Source: a virus (taxonomy: Duplodnaviria; Caudoviricetes). From it: a DNA stretch of 64,000 nucleotides. The translations under genes and the position numbers were made by a program. Where the stretch lies: IMG/VR virus record IMGVR_UViG_3300035390_000014, positions 128,001-192,000 of that record, one strand, 5' to 3'. Position 1 is the stretch's first letter. Every line of letters starts with the position of its first letter. This document shows positions 23,840 to 34,397 of the stretch, in pieces. The notes below the pieces were generated by a model that worked only from the letters and a program-made list of their open reading frames with translations, made no database searches and was not told where the DNA came from.

Positions 23840-24694
23840 ATGTTATGTGATTATGGTTGTGGTAAAGAGGCTACTCACCAATTTAAAAACGGTAAGTGGT
23901 GTTGTTCTAAACTATCAGTACATTGAGCTAAAATAGTTTCTATTAGGTCAATAGAAATAAAGAAAACTGCTAATACTCAAAAACATAAAGATAAAATGAG
24001 TAAAGTAATTAAAAAAATATGGAAAGACCCAAATCATATTTATAATGATAAAGAACATCAGAAAAAGAGAAATAAAATCTTAAGTAAAGCTCATTCTAAA
24101 CCAGAAACAAAAAAACTTAGATCAAAAATAATGAAAGAAAAATGGAAAGATAAAAATTCTGGATTGAATAACTCTAAAAGAAGTGAAGGAGCTTCAGAAT
24201 CAATGATAAAAGTTTGGAGTTCTCTTAGTGAAGAAGAAAGAAATCAGTGGTGTATTAACTGTTCTGTAGGATGGACTGAAGAAAAAAGGATAGAAAAATC
24301 TAAAGTTGCTAAACAAAAATGGTCAGAAGATGATTATAGAATTAAAATGAAAGATGGTAGACATAACTCTCCAAATAAGGAAGAAGAACAACTAGAAGAA
24401 TTATTAAATAATTTATTTCCCAATGAATATAAATTTGTAGGAAATTTTGATTTATTTATAAATGGTAAAAATCCAGATTTTGTAAATATTTTAAGTAAAA
24501 AAGTTATAGAATATTTTGGTTCTTATTGGCATAGTGAATTAATGACAGGTGAAAAAGAATATATTCATGAAAATAAAAGAATAAATCATTTTATAAATAG
24601 TGGATATAATTGTTTAATTATTTGGGATTTTGAATTTAAAAATAAGAAAGAACTTATTAAAAAATTAAAAAAATTTAATCAGGAGATATTATAA
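23840..24694 (+). CDS. Homing-endonuclease-like protein with in-frame TGA at 23924-23926 (track shows only 23996-24694)
   Basis: Hand translation MLCDYGCGKEATHQFKNGKWCCSKLSVH*AK... continues in frame into 23996; C-terminal Vsr/DUF559-like PDF...IEYFG.YWH domain. Confidence 0.65.
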
Positions 24695-25200
24695 TGCCTT
24701 TTCGGACTTTTTTTGACTGGTGTTTTGATGGAAACATTAAAAATGAAATACCTAGTGGTGAAGGGGTTCCTGAGATTTTAAAATATAATTCACCAATTCA
24801 TTCAGATTTTTTGATGAAATCTTTTGTTACAAATGGTAAGTTGAATCATTACTTAAATAAATATCTTAATAATATTGGAGTTAGATATATTAGTAAAGAA
24901 GATTTATTTTATTTTTATAAACAATGTGTAATTGATTTTAAAATTAAAAGAGGTGATATTCATTATGTTGGGTGGTCAAAAAATGATATCTTATTTACTA
25001 AATTATCAAAGAAAAGACCTTTATTAAAGAAAGATGAAATACAAATATTATGTGAAATAATTGATAAATCAGATGATAAGGATTCTATATATAGGTCACT
25101 TGGTATTGATAAAAAAGAAGTAGAGAAAAAGAAAATAAAAAAGAAAGTCACCAAGATAAGTAGTAAGAATTTTATTGCTCAAAATTTTGGAATAATGTAG
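24694..25200 (+). CDS. Hypothetical, possibly clamp-loader small subunit (T4 gp62-like)
   Basis: Size and position near the polymerase; weak resemblance only. Confidence 0.3.
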   Translation: MPFRTFFDWCFDGNIKNEIPSGEGVPEILKYNSPIHSDFLMKSFVTNGKLNHYLNKYLNNIGVRYISKEDLFYFYKQCVIDFKIKRGDIHYVGWSKNDILFTKLSKKRPLLKKDEIQILCEIIDKSDDKDSIYRSLGIDKKEVEKKKIKKKVTKISSKNFIAQNFGIM

Positions 25201-25209
25201 GAGATTTTT

Positions 25210-25398
25210 ATGAATTGTCATAATTGTAAAGCAAGTATGAAAAAAATGGGACAAACCAATACCTGGATACAAAAACATTTTTACTGGTGCCCAGAATGTG
25301 GAACATTTGCAATAGAAGAACACGACATTAAACTCCAACCAGATACTATATGGTATAAACCAGGTTATTTATTAGAATTTAATAAGGGGAAGAAATGA
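25210..25398 (+). CDS. Small Zn-ribbon protein
   Basis: CHNC ... CPECG. Confidence 0.6.
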   Translation: MNCHNCKASMKKMGQTNTWIQKHFYWCPECGTFAIEEHDIKLQPDTIWYKPGYLLEFNKGKK

Positions 25399-28300
25399 AA
25401 ATAATGCAATCATTTGCAGATTGTTTAGGTTGTAAATTAATTGATGCAGATTCATGCATTATGGATACTAATTCAAGAGCTGATTTAACCCAGGTTGATG
25501 TTGTTTTTGTTGCCGAAAATCCAGGTAAGGATGAAATTAAACAAGAGAAACCAATGGTTGGTAGATCAGGAAAAACATTCAGAAAATTTTTTGACCAATA
25601 TATTAAAAAAGATTATAAATGGCTATTAACCAATGCTGTTATGTGTTTAACATTAGATGAAAAAGGTAATACAGGAACTCCTGATGACGAAACAATTGAA
25701 AGATGTAAAGTAAATTGTTTTAATATAATTAAAACTTGTAAACCAAAATTGATAGTACTTCTTGGGACTAGTCCAATGAAAGCATTTGGTATTGCTGAAA
25801 ATGGAGTAACCAAAAGACGTGGTCAATTTTTTAAATGGGAAGGGTTTGATGTTCTATTAACAATTCATCCAAGTTATGTTAATAGGGATAGAAAAGAAAG
25901 AGAACCTATATTTGAAGAAGATATAAAAACTGCGGCTGAGTTTCTTAGTTCTGATGAAGTGGGAAGTTTTGATCTTACTCCAAAAACAGCATTTACTAAT
26001 GATAGTTTAGCAGTTGGTAATAAAGGAATCTATAGATATCAAATACCAAAAAAGTTTTACACAGAAGACTATAGATTGGTTGATATACAATTCCTGAGTC
26101 GAGCTGAGAAGGTCTTATACATTTTTAGGGATAAGGATAACAATAAAGTATATCACACTGAAAATGATGACTATTACTGTTATCAATCACCTGCTGATGT
26201 TGAGGCAAGAAAGATTGTGTCTTATGATAAATTAGATATTGTTAAATTGCCTTATAAAGATAAAATAAAATTAAATAGTGATATAACATATGAAGGTGAT
26301 TTAAGAATAACTGTTAAACATGCCTTTGATTACTATGCCCAAAACAAAGGTGAAGCAAAAAGAATATCATCTAATATTATGTTTTGTGATATTGAAATTG
26401 ATGTTGGAATTAACAATCAAACATTTCCTCAACCAAGTGAAGCATTGTATCCAGTTGATTTAATCACAAGCATATTTCAAACACCTAAAAAGAAAATTTG
26501 TTATATATTGGATAATGGGTCAGAAGAAATTAAACCAATTGAAGATGTTGAATTTAAAATCTTTAAAAATGAAAAGAATTTAATTTTAGCATGGATTAGA
26601 GATTTTAAATTTTATGATCCTGATTTTATGTCTGGTTGGAATTTTATTGGTTTTGATATGGAATATATGTTCAACAGAATGAAGAGACTTAAAATTCCAA
26701 TTTCAACTATGTCAAAATTTAAAGAGTTTTATTGTGATGGTGAAAGATTTTTATGTAAGTTACCTGGTTGTATTGTATTGGATCAGATGCATCTTTATAA
26801 AATGTTTACCTTTACTAAAATGGAAAATTATAAATTAGACTTTATTGCTTACCATGAATTAAAAAGAAATAAATTGGAGTTGCCTGCAAAGTTTAATAAA
26901 ATGTATTGGGAGCATTTGAATACTCTAATTGAATACAATGTTTTAGATACTGTATTGCTTGAAGAGTTGGAGAATAAAGTAAACCATATTAATCTTTTAA
27001 ATGAGTTGAGGACTATTTGTACTGCAAGTTTTGAAGCAGCTGCTTCACCTCAAAATCAGGTCGATTCAATTGTTGTTAATTTTTTAAGAGAAAAAGGTCT
27101 TTCATCTAAGAATGCTGAAACCCATGCTAAAAAGAAATACCCTGGAGCATTTGTATTAACTCCAGACCCAGGCATTTATGATACAGCAGTTGACTTTGAT
27201 TTTAAATCTCTATATCCATCTCTTATTAGAACTTATAACATTGGACTAAACAACTTTATAATGAGAACAAAAGAACCCATATTAGGTTATGATCTTGCAT
27301 ATAATAGAGATTTACTTCCGGATAAAATTTCAATGATAATGGATCCAATGTTTTCAAATAAAGAAGTTGTAATGAATAAAGAAGATATCTTTAAACAAAT
27401 TGAAGATGAAGAATTGATTCATACAGTTAATGGTTGTTTCTATACTAACCATGAAAAAGAACTTTCTTGGTATAGTTTAATTCTGGAGAATCTTCTTAAT
27501 TCCAGAACCAATTATAAAAACTTAATGTTTAAAGCTAAAGATGAAGGCAACAAAGAATTAAAGGAATTGTATTTTACTAAGCAGTTAGTATATAAGGTTG
27601 TCGCAAATACACTTTATGGTGTCATTGCTAATAAATCATTTAGATTCTTTAATTTAGCTTGTGCAGCAGCTATCACATTAAGTGGGCAAGAGGCATTGAA
27701 AGCTTCTGTTATTGAAGGTAATAATTATATGTCTCATTTAAAAACTGGTGATGCATTAGTTAGAGAACCAATAGCAAGTAAAGTTGAAATGTATCATGAT
27801 CCTGAATCACCAACTGGAGCATTTCCAACAAGAGAATTTGATTATATAATAACAGGAGATACCGATTCAATTTTTTGTTGTTTTGAAGCATTTAAAGGTG
27901 ATAAATCAGATGAAGTAATACATGGACATTGTGGAAAAATTCAAGATTATTTGAATGGTGAAATAATGAAAGAAATAGTTGAAGCTCATAATGTTAGATT
28001 TGAAGAATGTAAATTAGTTTTAAAAAATGAGTTGATTATTTCAAGAGGATTATTTCTTGCTAAAAAGAGATATGCTATTCATGTAACTAATAATGAAGGC
28101 GTTAAATGTGATGAAGTTAATTACATGGGAATTGAAGTTAAAAGGTCCGACTTTCCAAGTCATTCAAAAGTGTTTCTAAAAGAGTTACTTGATATTGTTT
28201 TAAAACAAGAGAATATAACAGTACCAAAACTTTTTAAATTTGTTCATAGTAAAGAAAAAGAGTTTAGAAAATTAATTTTACAAGGAAGTAAAACAGTAGG

Positions 28301-28670
28301 CCGTCCAGTTTCTTTTGGTAAAGAGCTAAAGAAATATAAAACTATACCTCAAGGGGTAAGAGCTATGTTAGCTTTTAATGATATCTCATATACAGCACAT
28401 TACCCTGGTTCGAGGGGATATATGTTTAGGGTTAGAGGGATTGATTATACTAAGGCGCCACAGGAAGTAATTGATAATTACGAAAAGAATTTTATTGTTA
28501 AAGGTAGAAAGTTAGAGGTTATAGCTATACCTGATGAAGAAGATTTTTTGCCAGATTATTATATTCCTGATGTTACAGGTAATCTTGATTTTGCTTATAC
28601 AGCAAGATATAAATTAATGTTGGATCCATTAATTAAAGTCCAACAGGCACAAAGGATATTAACTATATGA
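25395..28670 (+). CDS. Family B DNA polymerase with N-terminal family-4-like uracil-DNA glycosylase domain
   Basis: UDG: CLGC, VFVAENPG..E, VGRSG, IHPSY; exonuclease DIE, GWN..GFD, YN..D; polymerase DFKSLYPS, K..AN..YG, GDTDS. Confidence 0.95.
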   Translation: MKIMQSFADCLGCKLIDADSCIMDTNSRADLTQVDVVFVAENPGKDEIKQEKPMVGRSGKTFRKFFDQYIKKDYKWLLTNAVMCLTLDEKGNTGTPDDETIERCKVNCFNIIKTCKPKLIVLLGTSPMKAFGIAENGVTKRRGQFFKWEGFDVLLTIHPSYVNRDRKEREPIFEEDIKTAAEFLSSDEVGSFDLTPKTAFTNDSLAVGNKGIYRYQIPKKFYTEDYRLVDIQFLSRAEKVLYIFRDKDNNKVYHTENDDYYCYQSPADVEARKIVSYDKLDIVKLPYKDKIKLNSDITYEGDLRITVKHAFDYYAQNKGEAKRISSNIMFCDIEIDVGINNQTFPQPSEALYPVDLITSIFQTPKKKICYILDNGSEEIKPIEDVEFKIFKNEKNLILAWIRDFKFYDPDFMSGWNFIGFDMEYMFNRMKRLKIPISTMSKFKEFYCDGERFLCKLPGCIVLDQMHLYKMFTFTKMENYKLDFIAYHELKRNKLELPAKFNKMYWEHLNTLIEYNVLDTVLLEELENKVNHINLLNELRTICTASFEAAASPQNQVDSIVVNFLREKGLSSKNAETHAKKKYPGAFVLTPDPGIYDTAVDFDFKSLYPSLIRTYNIGLNNFIMRTKEPILGYDLAYNRDLLPDKISMIMDPMFSNKEVVMNKEDIFKQIEDEELIHTVNGCFYTNHEKELSWYSLILENLLNSRTNYKNLMFKAKDEGNKELKELYFTKQLVYKVVANTLYGVIANKSFRFFNLACAAAITLSGQEALKASVIEGNNYMSHLKTGDALVREPIASKVEMYHDPESPTGAFPTREFDYIITGDTDSIFCCFEAFKGDKSDEVIHGHCGKIQDYLNGEIMKEIVEAHNVRFEECKLVLKNELIISRGLFLAKKRYAIHVTNNEGVKCDEVNYMGIEVKRSDFPSHSKVFLKELLDIVLKQENITVPKLFKFVHSKEKEFRKLILQGSKTVGRPVSFGKELKKYKTIPQGVRAMLAFNDISYTAHYPGSRGYMFRVRGIDYTKAPQEVIDNYEKNFIVKGRKLEVIAIPDEEDFLPDYYIPDVTGNLDFAYTARYKLMLDPLIKVQQAQRILTI

Positions 28671-29281
28671 AAGAAATAAGAGATTATGATTGGTATAGTA
28701 ACGAATGGCCATTTTTATTTCAAGTTGAAGATTTAAAAAGAGATTTAAAAACTAATGGAGTTTTGGGTCATTGTAAAAATAAAAATTGTAAACATTCTGT
28801 GGAAAATGATGGATGGTATTTGTTAAATAATGCTGATCTTTATTATAGAAATTGGGGATTAATAAGAAATTGGGATACTTATAATTTTTATTGTAGTCAA
28901 GAATGTAAAGAAGAATGTCCTATATATGGTAAAACAGCTTCCGCATTAATTAAACAATATGGATTAATTATAACTGATAATGATGAAGATGCTGATGAAT
29001 GGGGAAGTGAACCTTATACTTCATCAGAAAAACAAGAGTGGAGAATAAATGTTTTTGAAAGAGAAAATGGGAAGTGTCAATTTTGTGGAGGAAAAGCAAT
29101 ACATGTTCACCATGAAAAACCTGTTAAAACTCACCCAATATTTGCATTAGATCCTGATAATGGTATATGTGCTTGTATTAAATGTCATTATAAATATGGA
29201 CATAAAACAGGAACCCCATGCTCTACTGGAAATTTAGCTCAAACAATTTGTAAAAAAATTGTGAAGGAGGTATCATTATGA
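28667..29281 (+). CDS. HNH endonuclease
   Basis: CQFCGG...HVHH....DNG...C.KCH..H. Confidence 0.8.
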   Translation: MKEIRDYDWYSNEWPFLFQVEDLKRDLKTNGVLGHCKNKNCKHSVENDGWYLLNNADLYYRNWGLIRNWDTYNFYCSQECKEECPIYGKTASALIKQYGLIITDNDEDADEWGSEPYTSSEKQEWRINVFERENGKCQFCGGKAIHVHHEKPVKTHPIFALDPDNGICACIKCHYKYGHKTGTPCSTGNLAQTICKKIVKEVSL

Positions 29282-29489
29282 AAAGAGATTATTCAAATTT
29301 TATTGATGAAACTTATATACATAATGAAGACTTAGTACCATGTATAAAAGAGGAAATTAAAAAAACTATTAAGGAAGATCCTATAGATGATGCAGTTGAA
29401 AATATTATGGAATTAATATTTGAAACTAGATATGAATGGTAGGAAATAATTTAACATAATAAGAACATATTATAAATTAAAGGAGAGCT

Positions 29490-30146
29490 ATGGAAACCGT
29501 TAAGCTAATCGAATGTATTAACACATGGCAGGGAGAAGGTGTAGATACCGGACAAAGAATGTTGTTGTGTAGATTTAAGTATTGTAATAGAAAATGTTCT
29601 TGGTGTGATACTCTTGTTAAAATGAGAGCAGTCCAGGAAGCTGAATTTAAATTGGCCAAACTTCAAGAAATTATAGATGAAGAACGCACTGGTTTAATGA
29701 TAACAGGTGGTGAACCAACATTTTCAAGTCAGTTGCAACAAACAATTTCCATGTTAAATACTTTAGATTATCCTGTTGCTAATGTAGAAACAAATGGTTT
29801 AGGGTTGTTGGAATTGATTAAGGAAGTTAGTCATGATAAAAATGTTCATTATAGTTTTTCACCAAAATTATTCAATGATCAAGATATTGAAGATGCACTT
29901 GACTTAGCAGAAATACTTAGTTCTAACCCTAATGTATTTCTAAAAATTGTATTTGGATATGAAAAATTAACTATAGAATTTATTGAAGATGTTATTAAAT
30001 TCTTTCCTGCAAATAGGATTTATTTAATGCCTCTTGGTAAAGATAGAGATCAAATGTTTGGTAATGCTCCAGACGTATTTGATGCAGCAGAAAAGTATAA
30101 AACTAACATTAGTAGTCGTATGCATCTTGTATATGATTTTGTGTAG
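29490..30146 (+). CDS. queE: 7-carboxy-7-deazaguanine synthase-like radical SAM enzyme
   Basis: TWQGEG..TG, CNRKCSWCDT, ITGGEP, VETNG, SPK, YLMP, RMHL. Confidence 0.85.
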   Translation: METVKLIECINTWQGEGVDTGQRMLLCRFKYCNRKCSWCDTLVKMRAVQEAEFKLAKLQEIIDEERTGLMITGGEPTFSSQLQQTISMLNTLDYPVANVETNGLGLLELIKEVSHDKNVHYSFSPKLFNDQDIEDALDLAEILSSNPNVFLKIVFGYEKLTIEFIEDVIKFFPANRIYLMPLGKDRDQMFGNAPDVFDAAEKYKTNISSRMHLVYDFV

Positions 30147-30152
30147 TTTGTT

Positions 30153-30398
30153 ATGAAAAATAAAAAATTAATCGACTGGTTAAGTGAATACCCAGATGAT
30201 TATGATATTAATTTTTCTCAATATACCTCAATAATTGACGAAGATACTGATGAAGAATATTTCATAGTTTTAGATGATCCAATTGTTGGTATATTGAAAA
30301 ATGATGATACTAAAGAAATTCGTTTATTCACAAGATCAAGTAAAGAGAGAGTTGTAAAACAAATAGAATCTGGTGAAAACTGGAAAAAATTAATTTAA
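30153..30398 (+). CDS. Hypothetical protein
   Basis: ORF 6 nt after the QueE TAG. Confidence 0.55.
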   Translation: MKNKKLIDWLSEYPDDYDINFSQYTSIIDEDTDEEYFIVLDDPIVGILKNDDTKEIRLFTRSSKERVVKQIESGENWKKLI

Positions 30399-30410
30399 GG
30401 GGAACTAAAA

Positions 30411-30737
30411 ATGGGTATGATTCCAATCGCAGTAGGTGACAATGTAATTTGTAAGGCAATCGCTGAAAGTATGAAAACAGATGGTGGTCTTTATATTCCA
30501 TCAACTGCACAGAAACAGCTACCACAGAAAAATGCAGTAGTTGTATCAGTTGGTGAAAAATGTGAATCTATTTTTAAAACAGGAGACACAGTAGTTGTAC
30601 ATCAGCAAGCTGGACAAGCAATGGTATATGGTAAAGATGTTTATATGGTTTTTAAAGAACCAGAAATTTATGGTATTGTAGATAGAGCTGAGATGACCGA
30701 AGCAGAGGCTATTGACGAAACTATGAAACGTAGATAA
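30411..30737 (+). CDS. groES: Co-chaperonin GroES/Cpn10
   Basis: GD.VI, T.GGLYIP.TA, VVSVG, GD.V, E.EIYGIV. Confidence 0.85.
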   Translation: MGMIPIAVGDNVICKAIAESMKTDGGLYIPSTAQKQLPQKNAVVVSVGEKCESIFKTGDTVVVHQQAGQAMVYGKDVYMVFKEPEIYGIVDRAEMTEAEAIDETMKRR

Positions 30738-30795
30738 ATAAAAATGGGGAAGTGTTATAGATATTTAATAACACTTCCCTTTTAAGGAGAATAAA

Positions 30796-31143
30796 ATGGG
30801 TGAAAAACCATATATAGAAACTAAGCGAATTATGATTGATAGAAAATATAATCCTAAGTATGGTGACGATAAAATTTGTAAATGTGGTCATCCATATTAT
30901 AGACATTTTGATAGTTATGAAAATATGAACCCTTGTGGTTGTAAATATTGTGATTGTTTTACATTTGAATTAAAAATAAATGTTGTTAATTATTTAGTTC
31001 ATATTACTGATACTGGTAGACGAACGATTGAATGTGAAACGAAAGAACAAGTTTACGATGCCCTTGGTGAAACATCATTAGGAGCATTATATGAAGTAAC
31101 TAGTCCTACTGGTAAAGATATAGAAGAATTTATTCCATTTTAA
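30796..31143 (+). CDS. Cys-rich hypothetical protein
   Basis: CKCGHPYYRHFD...CGCKYCDC. Confidence 0.6.
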   Translation: MGEKPYIETKRIMIDRKYNPKYGDDKICKCGHPYYRHFDSYENMNPCGCKYCDCFTFELKINVVNYLVHITDTGRRTIECETKEQVYDALGETSLGALYEVTSPTGKDIEEFIPF

Positions 31144-31153
31144 GGAGAAAAAA

Positions 31154-31819
31154 ATGATTTTAGTGAAACCAAGTTTTGAGATTAGAACTGATCTCGATGG
31201 TATGAAAATGCTTAGAAACATTGAAGAAGCTGGTAGAGTATGTTATAAATCAGAAGATAAAATTACTGATGAATCTGCTGAAAAATTTGTGAGAGGAATT
31301 ATAAAAAGTGGTCATCATTCAGTGATTGAACATGAATCATTGAGCGTTAAATTTATTTGCGACCGTGGTGTTACTCATGAAATGGTAAGACATAGACTTG
31401 CTGCTTATTCTCAAGAAAGTACTAGATATTGTAACTATGGTAAAGATAAATTTAAAAATCAAGTTACTTATATTATTCCGGTTTGGTCAAATATTCCAGA
31501 AGGAGTGTACAACGATACATATATTTGTAAAACAGGCGGTGAACAAATATGGTTTAATGCTATGCTTAATTTAGAACAAGATTATTTAAATCTTTTAAAT
31601 GTAGGTTGGGTTCCTCAACAGGCTAGATCTATTCTTCCAAACTCATTAAAAACTGAAATTGTAATGACATGTAACGTTAGAGAGTGGAGACATGTATTCA
31701 ATTTAAGAACTTCAATGGCCGCTCACCCTCAAATTGTTGAAGTTATGAAACCACTACAACAAAAACTTCAAGAGATGGTCCCAGTAATTTTTGATCAGGA
31801 AAAGAAAGTTAATAAATAG
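31154..31819 (+). CDS. thyX: Flavin-dependent thymidylate synthase
   Basis: GH.SVIEH, THEMVRHR..AYSQESTRY, QARS.LP. Confidence 0.93.
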   Translation: MILVKPSFEIRTDLDGMKMLRNIEEAGRVCYKSEDKITDESAEKFVRGIIKSGHHSVIEHESLSVKFICDRGVTHEMVRHRLAAYSQESTRYCNYGKDKFKNQVTYIIPVWSNIPEGVYNDTYICKTGGEQIWFNAMLNLEQDYLNLLNVGWVPQQARSILPNSLKTEIVMTCNVREWRHVFNLRTSMAAHPQIVEVMKPLQQKLQEMVPVIFDQEKKVNK

Positions 31820-31828
31820 AGGTAACTA

Positions 31829-32572
31829 ATGGAAATTATATCCAAAGACATTAAAATAAATAAAGATCTTTTTGATCAAACTTATCCTTTACTAGATAAG
31901 TTTAAAACTTTAGCTCCAGGCACATTTAAACATTCCCAAAATGTAGTTAATATGTGTGAAACTGTAGCTGTTGAATTAGGACTTAATGTCGATGTTTTAA
32001 AAGCAGCAGCTTTATATCACGATATAGGTAAGATGAATAATCCTACATATTTCGCTGAAAATCAAGGTGATGATAATATTCATGATACATTAGACCCACA
32101 TGTTTCATATCAAATTATTTCGAGACATGTAGGTGATAGTGTTTTATATCTTATTCAAATAACTGATTTACCTTTTGAAGTTATAGATATTGTTTCCCAA
32201 CATCATGGAAATACTGTTTTGCAAGCTTTCCATAATAAATCTAAAACTGAACCGGAAGATAAATTTAGATATAAATGTTCTAAACCAGAATCAGCAGAGG
32301 CATTAATTCTAATGTTATGTGATTCAGTTGAAGCAACAACAAGAGCTATGTATAATGCTGGAAATGGTAATGAAGATTTTATCAATAAAGCAATAGACGG
32401 TACTATATCTAGATTGATGGATGATCAACAATTAGACAATATGAAAATTGGCACGTTAAATACTACTAAAAAAATTCTTGTTAAAGAACTTGAAAGTATT
32501 TATCATAAACGAGTATCATATGAAGATGAAACACCAACAATAGCTGAAGCACGGATAGAAGAAAATAAATAG
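31829..32572 (+). CDS. Stand-alone HD(IG) domain of PgpH / 7TM-HD type
   Basis: APGTF.HS..V, ALYHDIGK..NP.YF.ENQ, I..HV, QHHG.T, LML.DSVEA. Confidence 0.85.
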   Translation: MEIISKDIKINKDLFDQTYPLLDKFKTLAPGTFKHSQNVVNMCETVAVELGLNVDVLKAAALYHDIGKMNNPTYFAENQGDDNIHDTLDPHVSYQIISRHVGDSVLYLIQITDLPFEVIDIVSQHHGNTVLQAFHNKSKTEPEDKFRYKCSKPESAEALILMLCDSVEATTRAMYNAGNGNEDFINKAIDGTISRLMDDQQLDNMKIGTLNTTKKILVKELESIYHKRVSYEDETPTIAEARIEENK

Positions 32573-32640
32573 ATGTAGAAATTATTATGAAATTCAGTAA
32601 CATATTATAAATATAATATAAGCGAAAGAGTGAGGAAATT

Positions 32641-34035
32641 ATGTCAGATAGTAACTATGTATTAGCGGGATTTGAAACTTTAGCTACATACTTTAAAAAT
32701 TTTTCAGTTAGAAATTTACAAGGTAATTGGGATGATAATTTCACACCAGAAATTATGTCAAACTTTTTATCCCAGACATGTCATGGTTTCCTGCATTCTT
32801 TTGGTCAAAATTTTACAGGGAAAAAGAAATATGATAAATATGTAGCTACAGAGGCAGCATTATTTAGAGACTGTAGGGCATTTGGTATTTTTAATGATTG
32901 TAATTTTATAGCTGATAGTGGCGGTTTTCAAGCTTCTATTGGTCGTATTGATGAACATGAAACTGATAGACTTGTCGACTTATATCATGAGTTTTTGACC
33001 AATGAACATGATTGTATTGACAAAGCTTTTATTCTCGATTTACCTCCGGGTCCTGGTTGTAAACTATTTAAGAATTTCGATGATGTTTATTATGGAAATG
33101 AGAGAACTTATAATCTTGCAAAAAATCTTCCAGATGAAGCAAGAGAAAAAGTTATTTATATTCACCACTTTAGAACTCCAAAACTATGGGATATATTCAC
33201 TGATCTATTAAATTCGGATGGGATGTTTGATGCATTTCAACATTTCGGTACTGGTGGTATTGTAGCTAATATGTCTTCTGATACTGCTATACCATGTATT
33301 ATATATGTATTGCCATTAATTCCTGTATTGAAAAAAGCTAAAGAAGCTGGTCGAAAAGAACTTGACTTTCATATTTTGGGCGGTGCTAATTTTAGAGATA
33401 TCTTCTTCTATGAAATTTTTCAAAAGATTGTTAAAGAAACACATGATATTGAATTAAGAATTAGTTATGATAGCTCTGGTGTATTTAAAGGATTGATGCG
33501 TGGTCGAACAATGCATATTTTGGATGATCAAAATATTGTAAGAAAAATAGATGTTCGGTCTAATTGTCTTGATAAAGGATATATCACCAATGATAAAATG
33601 AATGTTGAAGATATTATTAAATATAAAATGGATGATATGTCTGATAGATTCAACTTAAAAAAATTAGATCCATTTCAAATATACTGTCCTGATTCAGGTA
33701 CCTTCCCAGATAACTTTAGAATGTATGCTGCTATGTTAGTATTAAGGACATATGCAGATGTTCAATTAATGTTAAGACAAAAAGCACATGATCTATATCC
33801 AGTTTATCAATCAGGTGATTTACAAGAATTTACCCAACAATGTTTGACCGTAACTCAAAATGTTAACCAGGGTAAAATAACTAGAAAACAAAAAGCTAAA
33901 ACTAACTCATTAATTAATTCAATAAAAATGCTTGTTAACTTGGATGAAGATTATTGTAAATATATTGTTAATAAACATTTGGCAAAGGATGAGTTCACTG
34001 ATTTAAATCATACAACAAGATTACTAACGGTGTAA
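32641..34035 (+). CDS. tRNA-guanine-transglycosylase-like (DpdA-like) protein
   Basis: TGT signature ADSGGFQ, ILDLP, FHILG and YDSS; QueE-like gene nearby. Confidence 0.65.
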   Translation: MSDSNYVLAGFETLATYFKNFSVRNLQGNWDDNFTPEIMSNFLSQTCHGFLHSFGQNFTGKKKYDKYVATEAALFRDCRAFGIFNDCNFIADSGGFQASIGRIDEHETDRLVDLYHEFLTNEHDCIDKAFILDLPPGPGCKLFKNFDDVYYGNERTYNLAKNLPDEAREKVIYIHHFRTPKLWDIFTDLLNSDGMFDAFQHFGTGGIVANMSSDTAIPCIIYVLPLIPVLKKAKEAGRKELDFHILGGANFRDIFFYEIFQKIVKETHDIELRISYDSSGVFKGLMRGRTMHILDDQNIVRKIDVRSNCLDKGYITNDKMNVEDIIKYKMDDMSDRFNLKKLDPFQIYCPDSGTFPDNFRMYAAMLVLRTYADVQLMLRQKAHDLYPVYQSGDLQEFTQQCLTVTQNVNQGKITRKQKAKTNSLINSIKMLVNLDEDYCKYIVNKHLAKDEFTDLNHTTRLLTV

Positions 34036-34037
34036 TT

Positions 34038-34397
34038 ATGGATAGAACACAGCCATTAGAACCAGGCGATGTTGTATGTGATCAATGTAATGGTACAGGA
34101 GAACCTGGTAATAATAAAATTGATCCTGATGATAAACTTAGTATGGTTCCATGGTATTGTGATAAATGTGGCGGAACTGGGAAACTTGATTGGATAGAAA
34201 ACATAACTGGAAGAAGATCAAGAATGTTTTCAATTAATTGGGAGAAAGAGTTTTCAACAGATTATACTTATAGAAGCGTTGAAGAGCAAAAAATGTTTGA
34301 AAAAGCAGCACAAAAAATTGCTGATGATATTGACCGAGATATTATAAAAAGGATTACAGATGGAGTTGAAACTGGAAGCTGGGGAAATAATTTGTGA
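34038..34397 (+). CDS. DnaJ-type zinc-finger small protein
   Basis: CDQCNGTG ... CDKCGGTGKLDWIENITG. Confidence 0.7.
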   Translation: MDRTQPLEPGDVVCDQCNGTGEPGNNKIDPDDKLSMVPWYCDKCGGTGKLDWIENITGRRSRMFSINWEKEFSTDYTYRSVEEQKMFEKAAQKIADDIDRDIIKRITDGVETGSWGNNL

